Positions 12,370-25,499 of a stretch of DNA of 64,000 nucleotides are shown here, in pieces; positions within the stretch are counted from its first letter, which is position 1; the number at the start of each line of letters is the position of its first letter. Below the pieces are notes generated by a model. The model did no database searches and had not been told where the DNA came from. It saw only the letters and a program-made list of their open reading frames with translations. A program made the position numbers and the translations under genes. The stretch is from Octopus bimaculoides (Eukaryota): positions 27,266,780-27,330,779 of the forward strand of contig NC_068994.1 in NCBI RefSeq assembly GCF_001194135.2. The letters run 5' to 3'.

Positions 12370-14115
12370 CTAACCGAACTCTTATAAAGAGTAGAGGTCA
12401 GTTGTGGTCGGGAGAGTTCTACTATGTCCCCTCTGTGTTAGGCCCTGTGTGGTCAATAAAAGAAAGAGAGAGCGTTTGGTAGTCTCACGAAGTACGTCGT
12501 GTGAACACATTGATTTAACCTCCGCTGCGTAATTTATATATCCAACGTGTGTCAAGGATATAAAAGTAGCGACGAGATATTCGAAGCTTGTGTCGGACGT
12601 TAAAAGTTTTTGGGTACGAGACCAAAGAAAAAAATTAACATGGAAGACTTGTTGGCTTGCGTGGTGCAGTTGCAACAGCAACAACAACAACAACAACAGC
12701 AGTTACAACAACTACAACAGTAACAACAGCAGTTAAAACAACTACAACAGCAACAACAACAATACCAACAGTTTACGTCAAGAAAAAAAAACCGAGTATG
12801 CGCTGATTTCTCAACGGATTAAACGAATGTTTGATGCCATATAATTACCCGTTACCAAGTCCGGAAGAAATTTTCGCGAAGTTGAATGGAGGAAATTTTT
12901 TTCAAAAATCTGGACTTTGCAGGTAAAAGTCTATGAGGAATGTTCAAAATTATTGACAATAAATACCCATAAAGGGTTGTATAAACTTAATCGACTCCTC
13001 TTTGGTATAAAGGTAGCACCTGGCATTTTTCAACAAATTATGGACATTATACTCGCAGGTTCGTATTTCGCTGAAGCTTACCTTGACGACATACTCATAA
13101 AAGTGAATCTCCAGGTCAGCATGCTGAGCATGTTAAAAAGGTCTTCGAAAGAATAAAAGACTACGGTTTTAAGCTCAGCGAGGAAAAGTGTGCATTTTTT
13201 ATGCCAAGAATAAAATATCTAGTGCAGATTATTGATGACAATGGACGCAGACCAGACCCGTCTAAGGCGAGCGCTATAAAAAATATGCCTCCTCCGACGA
13301 ACATTGCAACGTTACAAGCATTTTTTGGGCTCGCAAATTACCACCAGGTATGCATACCGAATATGCACGAATTAAGAGCACCCCTGAATAATTTATTAAA
13401 AAAAGACGTTACGTGGAACTGGTCGGACAAATGCTAAAAAGCTTTTGAGAAACTTGAAAACGTCTTAACATCAAAATTGTCGTTATCACATTTTGACCCG
13501 AATTTAGAAATAGTAGTGGCAGCATATGTTAGTGAAAGTGGTATTGGAGCTGTGATTTTACGCAAGTATGAAGATGGTGGCCTGAAAGCAGTAGCTCATG
13601 CATCGCGTTCATTATTGCGGGCTGAGAAAAGCTACAGTTAAATAGAAAAAGTGGCATTAGCGGTAAAAAAAATTCCATAAAGTTATACAAGGAAGAAGGT
13701 TCCGTCTGCAGATAGACCACCGCCCATTTTTGATCAATGGATAAAAAATGGGTATTCCCACTCATACAGTTAATAGATTGCAGCGTTGGAGAACGATCCT
13801 ACTGAATTATGATTTCAAGATGGAGTATCTGCCATCGAAAAAATTGGGGCATGAAGATGGTTTGTCAAGATTAACACCAAAATACAGCAACACAGCCGAA
13901 AATGAAAATATATTGTGCAATGTTGTGCGTGAATTGCATGTGACATTGGAGGAAATAAAAATTAAGGCTGTAACAGACGAGTTTATCATAAAAATGAAAA
14001 AAAGTGAGATAAGAAGAAACAAATAAAAAATACGTGTGGGTAGATGTAACACAGTTTTGAATTTGTATTCGATATGTGATAATGTGTTTATGTATGCACA
14101 AAGAGTCATAATACC
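12370..14115 (+). mobile_element. Gypsy LTR retrotransposon, internally deleted (LTR remnant, PBS, poly-Q gag start, RT, RNase H)
   Basis: PBS-like tagcgacgag at 12567. ATG at 12640 gives MEDLLACVVQLQQQQ..., joined to RVCADFST. Further motifs: RLLFGIKVAPGIFQQ, AYLDDILI, RNase H ESGIGAVIL/HASRSL/EK, and NRLQRW...LNYDFKMEY. Confidence 0.88.
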
Positions 14116-14134
14116 TACCTCACTATAAGGTCGA

Positions 14135-14390
14135 ATGGTCAGTCGAAGATGCGCACTCCTACAGCATGACAGTGCCCCAGCACACATTGCCAATGCGACC
14201 ATACTCGAACTTGAGGAACGTGAGAGGATGAAAGTGCTGCTTCACCATGCCTACATTCCAGACCTTTAGATTACCACATTAGATTACCATTAGATTACCA
14301 CAATTACCATCATTAGGTTACCACATTTTCCGAGCCATGGCTCATTTCCTGCACGGACGGAGGTTCAACAATGTGGATGAGGATAAAAGC
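14135..14390 (+). mobile_element. mariner transposase C-terminal fragment
   Basis: LLQHDSAPAHIAN...LLHHAYIPDL...FRAMAHFLHGRRFNNVDE. Confidence 0.75.
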
Positions 14391-14399
14391 TGGTGTAGT

Positions 14400-15380
14400 A
14401 GGGGCTTCCTTTAAATCAGCCCATTGTCTCTTGCATCAGCTCACTCTTGCTCTTGCTCCTTCGAACAGCAGTGTAGGTGATGAGGTATTCGGACTGTATT
14501 CTCGGTTGTATGTGACGTACTTTTTTTTTTCTTCATGTGTTTGTTTCTGTTTTGGTACATTCCTTTGTAACTGTGATTGTGATTGTATACGTGTGTATTG
14601 GACTTGTGATTTGGTGAAAGTGTCAGTGTTGTTATTGGTGTAGGTAGGGGATGGTTAAAAGGTAGAATTTATTGGTCCTGTCTTTTGGCCTTAAAGTTTT
14701 TTTTAGCTATTTTTTCTATTTGCCTCGACACAAGTTTCTTTTGCACCGGATTCAAATCCTTCTCATTGCACAAAGTTTCTGAATCCACCTTATACGTGTC
14801 AGGAATCAGAAGTGTATTTGTGTGCAGGTCAGAAATTATTGTTCGCTCTGCGAATTAGTAACTTTGCCAGTCTGTAGGGGTGGTAGTGGGCTGTTTGCCT
14901 CCGCTACAACTGTTGTTGGTGTTGTTCATATGATTAAATTCCGTTGTCGTGACTGTTACTTCAGAGGTTGTTGTTGAAGCTTTTCTGGTTTTCTGGTTGC
15001 CGTGATTGTGGAGTTGATAATAAATCAGGCTTTCCTCGAGCTCCCTTTTGTTATTGTTGTGGGAAGGGGGGAGGGGCTTTTGAATAGGAGTTACACCCAC
15101 AAGTGTTACATCTCGGTTTTCTTCATTCCACCACGACTAGAAGTCAGGATTTGTTCCGCAGATCAGTGTGGCCGGGATCTTGTCTAGAGATTCCGGTTTT
15201 ACGCGAATCAAGATCTCCAGCCCAGTCCCTGACCAATTTTCTTTGTACACCCCTCCCACCAACACTGACGTTCTTTTAAGGCAAAGGAAAACTGTCTTAA
15301 CAAATAGTACGTAAAGAACCATACTGGCGGGGACGAATTTGTGAGAAACAGACATTTTGAACAAGTTGATTGATTGAAAA
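14400..15380 (-). mobile_element. Probable PLE 5' fragment (N-terminal ORF region)
   Basis: IPATLICGTNPDF..WWNE.. followed by a Thr/Asn-rich linker. Composition resembles the 5' end of the PLE at 40100-40500. The assignment is by resemblance only. Confidence 0.45.
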
Positions 15381-15384
15381 GAAG

Positions 15385-15530
15385 GTGATTGCAAAACGAA
15401 AGCATAAATATAAGACTGGAAAGAACATATAGAATAAGAGATAAAGAGTATGATGTAATGTTAGGAGAATTGAAACAAAGGGTACTAGCAATGAAGGCAC
15501 AACTGGAAAGATATGAAAACAGGACAAAAT
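15385..15530 (+). mobile_element. R4/Dong-like LINE fragment
   Basis: ...ELKQRVLAMKAQLERYENRTK, homologous to EELKQCTTAVTGKHSRYQK in ORF 54443..54913. Confidence 0.6.
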
Positions 15531-15531
15531 A

Positions 15532-16803
15532 TTAGGTTGTCGAGAAAGTTCTTGTGGTTTTTAACCTTTAATTCAGATGCACATATCTCGGCTCAAGCAA
15601 AACTTTATTAATCGAAATAAACACCATCAGAATCAACACACTTTTGCCAACGCGAAACAAGTTTGTGCCAGTAGCGTAAAAATCCTGCGTTCTGGTAGCG
15701 ATGAAGTCGTTGAAGGCATGTTTGGCATCGTCTTGGTTTTTGGAGCATTTCTCACGCAGGAAGTTGTCGAGATGCTTGAAAAAGTGGTAGTCGGTAGGCG
15801 AGAGGTCTGTTGAGTATGGCGGATGAGACAGAGTTCCGTAGCCCAATTCGTTCAACTTCTGCAAGGTCAGTTGTGGGACGGGCGGCCGAGCGTTGTCGTG
15901 GAGAAGAATTGGTCCTTTTCTATTGACCAATGCTGGCTGTTCTTGTCGGAGTTTCTCATGCATTTCATCCATTTGCTGACAATACTTCTTTGCCGTAATG
16001 GTTTCGCCTGGATCCAAAAAGCTGTGATGGATAAGACCTGCCACAGACCACCAAACAGTCACCATGACCTTCTTTTGGTGCAACATTGGCTTCGGGAAGT
16101 GCCATGGAGCTTCGTCGGTATCCAACCACTGAGCTGAGCATTGCCGGTTGTCATAAAGAATCCACTTTCCCTTGCAAGTCACAATCCAGTCGAGAAACGG
16201 GTCATTCTTGTTGCATAAAAGAAGGAAAGATGACACTTCAAAACGGTATTTTTTTTGGTCATCGTTCAATTCATGCGGCACCCATTTCTCAAGTATTTTT
16301 GTTTTTCCAATCTCTTTCAAGTGGTTGGAAATTGTAAACATTACGTCTAATTCAGAAACAAGCTCTAGAATAGTTGTGCATGAATTAGCTTTGACTAAAG
16401 TCCTCAGTTGATCGTTGTCAACATCCAATGGCAGACCACTACGCTTATCATCTTCAAGACTCTCATCACCGCTACGAAATTTCTTGGACTACCATTGTGC
16501 TGTACGTTCATTAGTGGTTCCTGGGCCAAATGCATCATTGATATCGTGAGCTGTTTCAGCAGCTTTTTGGCCTAGCTTGAATTGGAATAAGACAATTGTG
16601 TGAATTTGCTTTTTGCCCGTGTTGTATTCAACGTTCCGGAAAAAAAAATGGCCAAAAAGAAAAAGAGTAACATGATTAGATAGAGCAAAAAAAGGGCTTT
16701 AAAATGATATATGAAGTCAAAGTAAATTTACGAAAATTAATTTGAAAATACATCATTTAGAACCAAAATTATAAATTCCACAAGAACTTTCTTGACAACC
16801 TAA
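15532..16803 (-). mobile_element. Near full-length mariner (Hsmar1/cecropia-like), inactive transposase
   Basis: 26-bp TIRs ttaggttgtc(g/a)agaaagttcttgtgg with 1 mismatch, 1272 bp long, TA on the left. Motifs WVPHEL, LHDNAR and HPPYSTDLSPTDYHFF. The first catalytic Asp is lost (TCKGKW), there is one in-frame stop near the N-terminus and a C-terminal frameshift. Confidence 0.93.
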
Positions 16804-17159
16804 TGTATATAACTTTTTCACTGTTCTCGGTCTGTTAACGGCTAGGCATTTCAGACGAGTGTATACTGGTACTGATGTAGCGACATTTGAACTTTTATCT
16901 AGGTAAATCTAGCTGATGAGAACTAATCAAATTTACGTGGAGGCATGGTCATTGGTGAATATCAATTATTTTGGAGGTGGGGGGAGGGGAGTGAAAAATA
17001 GGAATAGGTCAGGGAAGAGCAAGTGATGATTACTGACAGTAGCAGAGAGACAATGTGATGTGTAGGGGAATAAATGGTATTAGGTACAATGCTTGAGAGA
17101 GTAGTTCTGTAGTTAGAAGAGTGAAGGTGAGATGAGTGTTAGAGAAGATGGGTTGCAGA

Positions 17160-19345
17160 AAAAGGCTAGACTAAACCTCATTTTCACAGCGTAGCTTCAA
17201 TCATCTCAGTCCTTTGTCATCTCCTCTTTGAAGCTCAACATCTTGATATCAGTCTTCACTGCTTCATCCCATATGTCTTCCTAGGTTGCCCTCTTCTATG
17301 GTTCTGCCCACATTTAATGATTAGCGCTTCATTATGCTGCTCTCCTCAGCCATCCGCATCACATAACCATACCAGTGCTGCCTTCTCCCTTGCATACCAC
17401 ATCTAACACCTCTTATGCCCAATTTGTTTCTCAATACATTTGTACTTTATGGTAAATACACACTGGTATTGCACATCCAGCAGAATATGTTTTTCACTCT
17501 TACACATCTGTTTTCAACATCTTGATGTCAGTCTTCACTGCTCCATCCCATGTCTTCCTGTGATTCCACTGAATCACATATGTGCCCAAAGTTAGCACTG
17601 AGTGTACCATATGGAGTTTCTAATGACACCTTTTGTAGATGTCAGACAGAGCCATTTACCTGAAAGTAATAGCATGCTAACTGTTTTCCTGCTTACTAGA
17701 ACTTAAGTCTGTGCAAAGTTAACTTTAAGGTCTTGTGATTCTGGGTTTTGACTCCAGACAGCTATAAGAAGATCATCTGCATTGAGGAATTCCCTGCACA
17801 AATGGTCTTAAACTCCCCTGGAGGACTACGATAAATAGGAAGAAATTAATAACCAAAGCTTGGTGAACTTTTATCTACACACTAAATTTGTTGTATTCAT
17901 CGTTAACTCTTGCCTTACTAATAGCACCTTTGTACATGGTCTGAACAGCTCGCACTAGCCATTTGTCTATTCCTAGCTTCTGCAGTGACTACCAGATCAT
18001 GAAGCAAGGGACCCTGTCAAGGGCTTTCTCAAGGTTGGTAAACACTAAGGAAAGTGGTTTACTTTTGGTTAAATACTTCTCTTGCAGTTGCTTTATTAGG
18101 AAGAGAACATCAGAAGTATTTTACTCTGACACAAAACCAAACTGCTTCTCATCTAGTCTAACTCTGTTCCTAATTAACTGAGTTCTTTTTCCAAAATTTT
18201 TACAAGCTGGTCAAGTAATTTGATACCTCTGTAATTGTTTCTCTCTAAAGCATCATCTTCACTCCTATAACAGTTGACTATGATGCCACTACACTATTCT
18301 TTATTTATGATACCTTTCTCTGCATCAAAATTTTACTGGTGACTAAGCTGTATCTTATTCTGCTAGATATTTCATGCATATTAGCAGAAGAGATACGTAG
18401 GAACACATGTAGATATATACATAGATGGTCCAGAGGCTTTCCCCAGCTTCATATCCCTAATTAATCTGTCATTCTACTATCTTCTAAGACAGTTAGTCCT
18501 TCTGTTGGGTCCACATTAGAAGCATTCTCTACCATATATTCTCCACATTCAGTAGCTTTTCATAACAGAACTTTCATGCCTCTTTTTTCCTAAAGTGGCC
18601 AAGTGCAAACATACTATTACCCATCTGTACACACTTCTCTCCTACATCTCGGTTTTCTCTAAAACAATGCCTTGCAATCAGGAATACCTTATGCTCCTAA
18701 TCTTCATGGCACAGAACCCGGGCAAAACTCTTCCTTTCTCTTCCACCGGTTGCTAAATAGACTTGTCATCTTGCTAACAAGTTGGTATAATTCTCTTCTT
18801 CTGCCACCCATTATTCCACTTCTTCCAAACCCATCTCTTCACTTTTATGGCTCTGTCTACTTCACAGTTTCACCACTACATTATCCTTGGTCTGGCTGGA
18901 GCATTGCTCCAGCCACAAATTTAGTCTGTAGCCCTAAGTAGCTGGCTCCATAAGAACTTCTAATTATCCTGTATAATATATGTTTCTTATTCCTCCCACT
19001 TCATATCAAATGCATAAATTAGTATGTTTCTAAATCTTTGACTGTTCAGTGGTTCATTATGTTTCCATTTCTTCCTTTTCTAGATTGGTTTGTGTCTCTG
19101 AATCCTTCTAGCTCTAAGTCTGAAGTCACTAACTACTAACACAGGTTGAACTGTGTATTCTACACCATTTACAAGGTTCTGCCTATCCTGTTTTCTGATG
19201 AGAATGTAGTCAATGTGGCTTATGTTTGCACCAGACTGACAGGTGACCAAATAGCTGGCTGGTTTCCTGAAGTTAGTTCTACAGATCAACAAGTAATTTG
19301 TACACAAAAACTCCAGCAGCTTTGTTCCCTCCTCCTTCCTAGAAT
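17160..19345 (-). mobile_element. RTE-clade LINE, 5'-truncated and degenerate
   Basis: APE end: EEGTKLLEF...TNFRKP...SHIDYILIR. RT motifs: KALDRVP, LQKLGIDKWLVRAVQTMYKGA and YADDLL-like. The 3' part encodes GRPRKTW-like motifs. Confidence 0.8.
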
Positions 19346-19371
19346 AAAAACCATAACCTTTATGTACAACA

Positions 19372-19409
<38 letters not shown>

Positions 19410-20504
19410 CGTGCATGCGCATGCACGTGTGTGTGTGTGTGTGTGTGTGCAGACATGCAAATAAAAGGAAAGGGTATTCAGTATATGATACAGAGTTTGG
19501 AATTATGAATTAGCCATTGGTCAGTTACTCTGTTTTTACTTGGGGTTTACACTCAAGAAACACAGGTGTGATCATCCAGGTCTATTATATCCACAAGATA
19601 TAAGCAAAGCAAGATTTTCATGGTTAAATGAAGATCCTTGGTTGAAACTGTAGCAGCTTCAATCATGACTGGAGTACTGTCATATAAAGGAAGCTATTCT
19701 GTTCAAGCCTAAAATCATTGCAAAGGGAAGCTAATTCAAATAGGTCATAAGATGCAGTTTTCATGAATATATTTTGTTTAGTATGAGATATGCAGATGTT
19801 TGGAAATTTTTGCAGAAGAAAAGTCTTGAGATGGTGGTTGATATTTCAGACCCACTGGTTGCTTCAATATCTAGAATATCTGAGTTAAACAAATCCTGCA
19901 ATTCTGAGATCCACTGAAATACGAGTAGCTCTATCAACAATACTCCCTACTATTGAAGGAGGTTTGCAGTTTCTGGTTAAATCTAGACAAGTGGAACTTT
20001 TTCTTTTCTTTGGTCTAACAAGATACTGATAGTGAAAATCCTTGAAAGTTTTTGCAATAAACTCCATTTAATTCCTTTCGATGCTACCCCAGTATGTTAT
20101 GGATGCTCAATATACAATTTCATTAGAAAGGCAGAATCCTGAGTGGACAGATATATGGATTTCAACAGTTACATGTTTGCTGTTGGGACAAAAATCATCT
20201 GAATGTATATTTTCAATAGCTGTGTTCACTCAGGAAAGCAAGATTGTCCAAGCAACAATAGTGAATCTAACATTGTGTGCACTGAAAAGCTAAGAACATT
20301 CCTGTTAATGTCCCTCTCCAAGGATAAATCAAAGGCTCTCCTACATATGCTGGCCACTAGCTCTTGAAGTTGACAGCTAAAAGTGCAATTAGTAATATGA
20401 ACATAGGGAAAGCAGCAGTAAAAGTGATAGTCACTATAATGCAGTAAAAATCTATGTGTATGTGTGAGAATGCATGTATGTATGCACATGCATGCGCATA
20501 TATG

Positions 20505-20548
<44 letters not shown>

Positions 20549-20888
20549 ATACACAACCATGCATATACAAACAGATAATACCAGGACATATCTAAAACAA
20601 AAGAATGCAAATTGAGAATGATTTCTACCAAGATGACAGAAAAATAAAACAAATAATAACTATACACATGCATACATATCAACATATATGCTTATGTAAA
20701 CAGATTCATATACATGTACACGTATATATTTGTGTGTGTGTATGGTAAGAAGTGGGGTTAGTTCTAATGTGTGGCACCTTGGGCAAGTGTCTCCTGCTAT
20801 AGCTCTGGGTGATCAAAGCCTTGAGAAGGGATTTGGTAGGCAGAAATTGAAAGAAGCCTGCTAGATGCATACATACATACATATAAAG

Positions 20889-20925
<37 letters not shown>

Positions 20926-20928
<3 letters not shown>

Positions 20929-21460
20929 GGTGGGGCAGAGCAGATGGACATTTTTGAAATGACTATTACTCAGCCCCAAGGGGAGAGATATGTCCAACAG
21001 GTACCATTTTGTCTGTCGTGTCTTAGCCCTTTTTTTTCTTTTCAGGTGAAGCCATGGCACTGTGGACAATAAAGCATCACATGTCTGCTTACAATCTGTC
21101 ACAGCATTTCAATGTGACTTTCAGCACCACTTTAACATTCACCAAAATCAGGCTGTTCCCACCCATAACACAATCTTACGTTGGGTGAATGCATTTCATA
21201 CATGAGGTACACTAATGACAAGGAGACTGGTGGGGGCGTCACAAATGGTACAGACCCCGGAAAATGTGGAACACATCAGACAAACTTTCAGAAATGCATC
21301 AATGAAAATAGACACCACATGATGGATGTTGTTTTTCGCACTTGATTTTGACAAATACTAATTCAATATGAACACATGGATGTCAATAAAATTTGTTTGC
21401 TGCTAAAATTAATGATTATGTAAATTTTTCAAAAACATCTGTCCTTTTTGCCCCACCCCA
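20926..21460 (+). mobile_element. Internally deleted maT/Tc1-like element (MITE-sized)
   Basis: Imperfect TIRs cagggtggggcag... and ...ttgccccacccca within TA repeats. The interior has QTPENVEHIRQ and QKCINENRHHMMDVVF. Confidence 0.65.
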
Positions 21461-21489
21461 TATATATATATCACTGTACCAACTACATT

Positions 21490-22200
21490 ATCAGATGATA
21501 TACATCACTTGTCAGAATGCAAAATTCTAATTCTTTCTTGGTTGTGCAATTCTTTTCCATCTTGTCTCAAATTGCTCAATTAAATCATCTTTCTGTCATT
21601 GTGGAGGCCTTCCAAGTGGCCCTTTCCAATGTCTTGAATACCAACCACTTCATGGGTACACCTGTTGTCTGTGAATATTGGGACCTGTCCAGTCCAGCAA
21701 AACTTATGATTTCTGTACTCTGTGATAACATCGTTCACGTCACTCCAGTTTCAAATGATTTCACGTTGAATGGTCTTGTAATGTTATTCCTAGATGAATC
21801 TTTCCATGGCCCTTTGCATTACAGCCAATTGATGTTCTTTCCTCTTCTTAGTAGCTCACCTCTCACTTACATATAAGTCTGCAGGTAGGACAGTGCTATT
21901 GAACAGCCAGTCACATATGGTCTTGACCAGCTTTGCATTGAGCACATCCTTTATTGAGGTAAATATCTTCCATCTGCCTTTATTCTCTTTAAGATTTCAG
22001 CATCCGTATCTCAGTGCATATTCACTGTGAGCTCTAAGTAAACTTACTCCTTTATCTCCTCAATTTCATCATGTCCCACCTCTATTAAGCCTTGTACTAC
22101 ATCTTCAGATGGCATGTCTTTTGTTTCCATGTAATTCATTTTAAGGCCTATCACTGAGTAGTGGGTGTCCACTTCTGTCATCATAGTCTGCAGCTTACGT
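21490..22200 (-). mobile_element. RTE LINE RT, 3' half (interrupted by Gypsy)
   Basis: RKLQTMMTEVDTHYSVIGLKMN..., followed by WTGQVPIFTDNR.. C-terminal motifs. Confidence 0.7.
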
Positions 22201-22214
22201 GTGTTTCTATTGTA

Positions 22215-24678
22215 ATGTAGTTATATGTCACCAATTATTGTAGTTTGCCTCTGTTTATGATGATACTTGTTTACAGTATAACCAAGTAGTAACAATAAAA
22301 TATATAGCTCTCCATGAACTATACACAAACCAACAAACAATATTCCTGTAAACTACCAAAATGACATCCTACGACTTCCTGCAATTAACGCCTACTCTTT
22401 TTGTCTCTCACACAGGCTGCTACTATCTGTAGTTGTTCAGTCAAGTCTATTCTTAACAGGGGATGTCATGACTTTTGCCACAACTTTCCCTCTTTCAAGA
22501 TTTCGACTTTTGTAGGAAACAAAATTTATTTTAGGATTATTATTATTATTATTTCTTTCCAACACCTCTACCTCTTTTGAAATTCTGCTTCCCTAGGGAG
22601 TTTAGTACCTTTTCTACTTAGGAATTATTTCTAAATGTTCAGTCTGTTTACATTTTCTGTTACTGTACCTTCTAGGCTCAATGTCTTTCGGTGCTGACAC
22701 ATCATAAAACACTTCCATTGGAATTCCCTTCCTTTCTTCTGTGTGCCTGATTTTTAATTGATTTAGGTGTCATCTATGCTCCCATTGTTGGTCTTTTATT
22801 TCCAATTCTTTTAGTCACTACACCATCTTGCCAACTCTCTTTACCATTCTTGTATACTTTGAAATGGACTTTGTCTCCAACATCAAAATGTTTAGTTGAA
22901 TTTTTTGTATTTTCTCTATACATTTTAAACTTTGGTAACAATTTGTTGAAGATCGATTTAATCTTTTGAGTGAACATTAACTCTGTAGATGACTTGCCTG
23001 AACTGGTATTCAGATTGAATGTTATTCTGTACACTCTTAAGAATTTAGTTAGTGCTTTGTCATTTCCTAACTTGTTCCTTGCCTTTTTTTTAGTGCTCGC
23101 TTGAAAGTATCTACAAATCGTTTTGCTTGCCCATTTGACCTTGAGTGGTAGGGCAGGGTAAACATGTACTTGATTACATGCATTTTGCAGAATTTCTTGA
23201 ACTCATATCCTGTAAATTGTGTTCCATTGTCAGATACTATGAAGTCTGGAACACTGTATCGAGCAAAAAGTTCATGCAAGAACTGTATTGTTGCCTTCAA
23301 GGTAGGCTGACTGCACCTACATACTTCCGGCCACTTGGTAAGGCTATCAACAATGATCAAGTAGTAAGCACCAGTATAGTCTATATGTACCCTGGACCAC
23401 AGCCTATCCATCTCAGGCCATGACTGGTATTTCATTGGTGGTGCCTTGGCTGCTAGTGCATGACCTCTACATAATTTTACCAAATGTTTGATGTCCTGCT
23501 CCATTGTCGGCCAATGCACATAACTCCTCATCAAAGCTTTCATTCTTGACATCCCTGGGTGTCAGATATGAAGTTTATGTAATATCCATTTCTGTAGTGA
23601 AGCTGGTACTACCACTCTTTGTGCAAATATTAATACATTGTCACAGAGTGAAAATGATTCACATTCTTGTTTCTCTTTTGTTTATTTTTCGAGGTTTCCT
23701 TCATTTTTATGATGTATTTGTGCTGCACTGATTTACTTTTATATTTTGTACAGTCACTGGCAACTCCTGAATGACATTACACATAACATTTTAAATTTCT
23801 TTTTCTGATTGTAATGTGGCTATCACTATATCTTCAAGCAGTTCTTCGGATTAGCCTAGATAAACAATCCACAGGGCCAATTTTCTTAGAAGGAAAGTTG
23901 TAATTTAACAATATTGTACCCCAGCATTGTAATATTTTAGCTGTATGGGTAGGAATTCCTTTCTTCAATCTGAAAATTGATAGTAACGGTCAGTAGTTCA
24001 CCTGAAGCTGTAAACTTCTACTGGAGAAATCTGTGAAATTTCTTCACGGCAAAAATAATCGTTAGAGCTTCTTTCTCTATCGGACTGTAGTTTTTTTTCT
24101 GCTGCAATCAGAGCGCATGAGGCATGAACCACCACCTTCATATTACCTTCTTTATATCTGTATAGCAAAACTGCTCCTATGCCATATTCAGAAGCGTCAG
24201 AAGCTACAACAATTTCCACTGCAGAATTGAAATGAACCAGCCACAAATCCGAAATTAATACTTTTTTAATATCCTGAAATACCTTTTGACAGTTATTTGA
24301 CCAATTCCATTTGGCGTCTTTCTTCAGCAAATTATTAAGTGGAGCACTCAATTCATACATGTTTGGTATGTAATTTTGATAATAGTTCACTAGGCCAAGA
24401 AAAGCTTGTAATGTTGCGATGTTAGTTAGGGGGAGGCATATTTTTAATTGTGTCTGCCCTTCTAATGTCTGAAGGAAGGTAACAACTACGTAACAATCCA
24501 ACAAACTCTCCACAAACTATATGTAAGCCAACAAACGATATTCCAACAAACAACCAAAATGACACCTTATGATTTCCTGCAATTAACTCCTACTCTGTCC
24601 ATCTCTCACTGAAACCGCTACTATTTATAGTCATCCATCAAGTCAATTCTTGCAATGGGTGTTGTGACTCTCACCACA
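22215..24678 (-). mobile_element. Gypsy LTR retrotransposon with diverged LTRs, PPT, RNase H and integrase; gag/PR/most of RT deleted
   Basis: Direct repeats at about 22325-22482 and 24530-24678, both starting TGTGG on the minus strand. A PPT (aaagagggaaag) sits just upstream of the 3' LTR. DASEYGIGAVL (RNase H). Integrase: MKALMRSYVHWP, IVSDNGTQF and SNGQAKRFVDTFK. Confidence 0.88.
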
Positions 24679-24679
24679 C

Positions 24680-24925
24680 AGTTTCAGAGATGAATACAGT
24701 GTCATCTGTGATTTAGAAGGGTGATAGTAGCCTGCTGTTGATGTTCACATTACCTGTCCAGTCAACATTTCTGATGACATAGTTTCTGATGACATGCAAT
24801 GAAGAGCTTTGAAGAGATGGTATCTCCTTATCTGATACCCTTCTTAGTTGGAACTCTTATTGGTGGTGATAGCAGAGCTATATCTGTAATGTATCCAGAG
24901 TTTGCATCTTTAAGCAGTTTGTGTG
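24680..24925 (-). mobile_element. RTE LINE RT, 5' half (upstream of the Gypsy insertion)
   Basis: KKGIR*GDTISSKLF...INSRLL...TDDTVFISET, corresponding to RT motifs QGD and ADD. Confidence 0.7.
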
Positions 24926-25018
24926 TTGTGCCAGCAATCATTTTCATTGATTTCAGCACTGCATTCACATCATGCTAATTATACGCAATGTTTGTATGGG
25001 TATGCATGTATGTATGTA

Positions 25019-25076
<58 letters not shown>

Positions 25077-25499
25077 AATCTGTGACTGTGCAAGTATACG
25101 AGTGTCCAAGTAAAATATAAAAAAATGAAAACAAAATTAATCAGACATGCATACACATGGGTGCTTTTCCCCATAAATACACACACATTATCATCAGCAC
25201 CACCAACATAACTGCAAATATAATTATACACACATACCACATACAGAATTACACAACTACATTCATACTCAAATACATACCTACACACACACATGCACAC
25301 ACACACACACACACACAGACACACACACACACACACGTACTTAACAAGAAATAGGGGAAAAGCAGTCGCTCATAGAAGAAACAGTTAAAAAGGCCTCAGT
25401 TGTGTGGTGAAAGACTTTAAAAAATCAATTATTTGATTAATTCATTGAACAATAATAATAATACAATGAATACACTCCTTTTTATTGGTAGAATGATAT

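Noticed and set aside
19500-20440. Non-repetitive, coding-like block
   Set aside because: The frames I translated contain multiple stops and no motif was recognisable; a tBLASTx search would be needed.
22225-22240. PBS-like ttggtgac after the Gypsy 3' LTR (tandem element?)
   Set aside because: The RTE reading frame resumes about 25 bp later, so it is most likely part of the LTR end.
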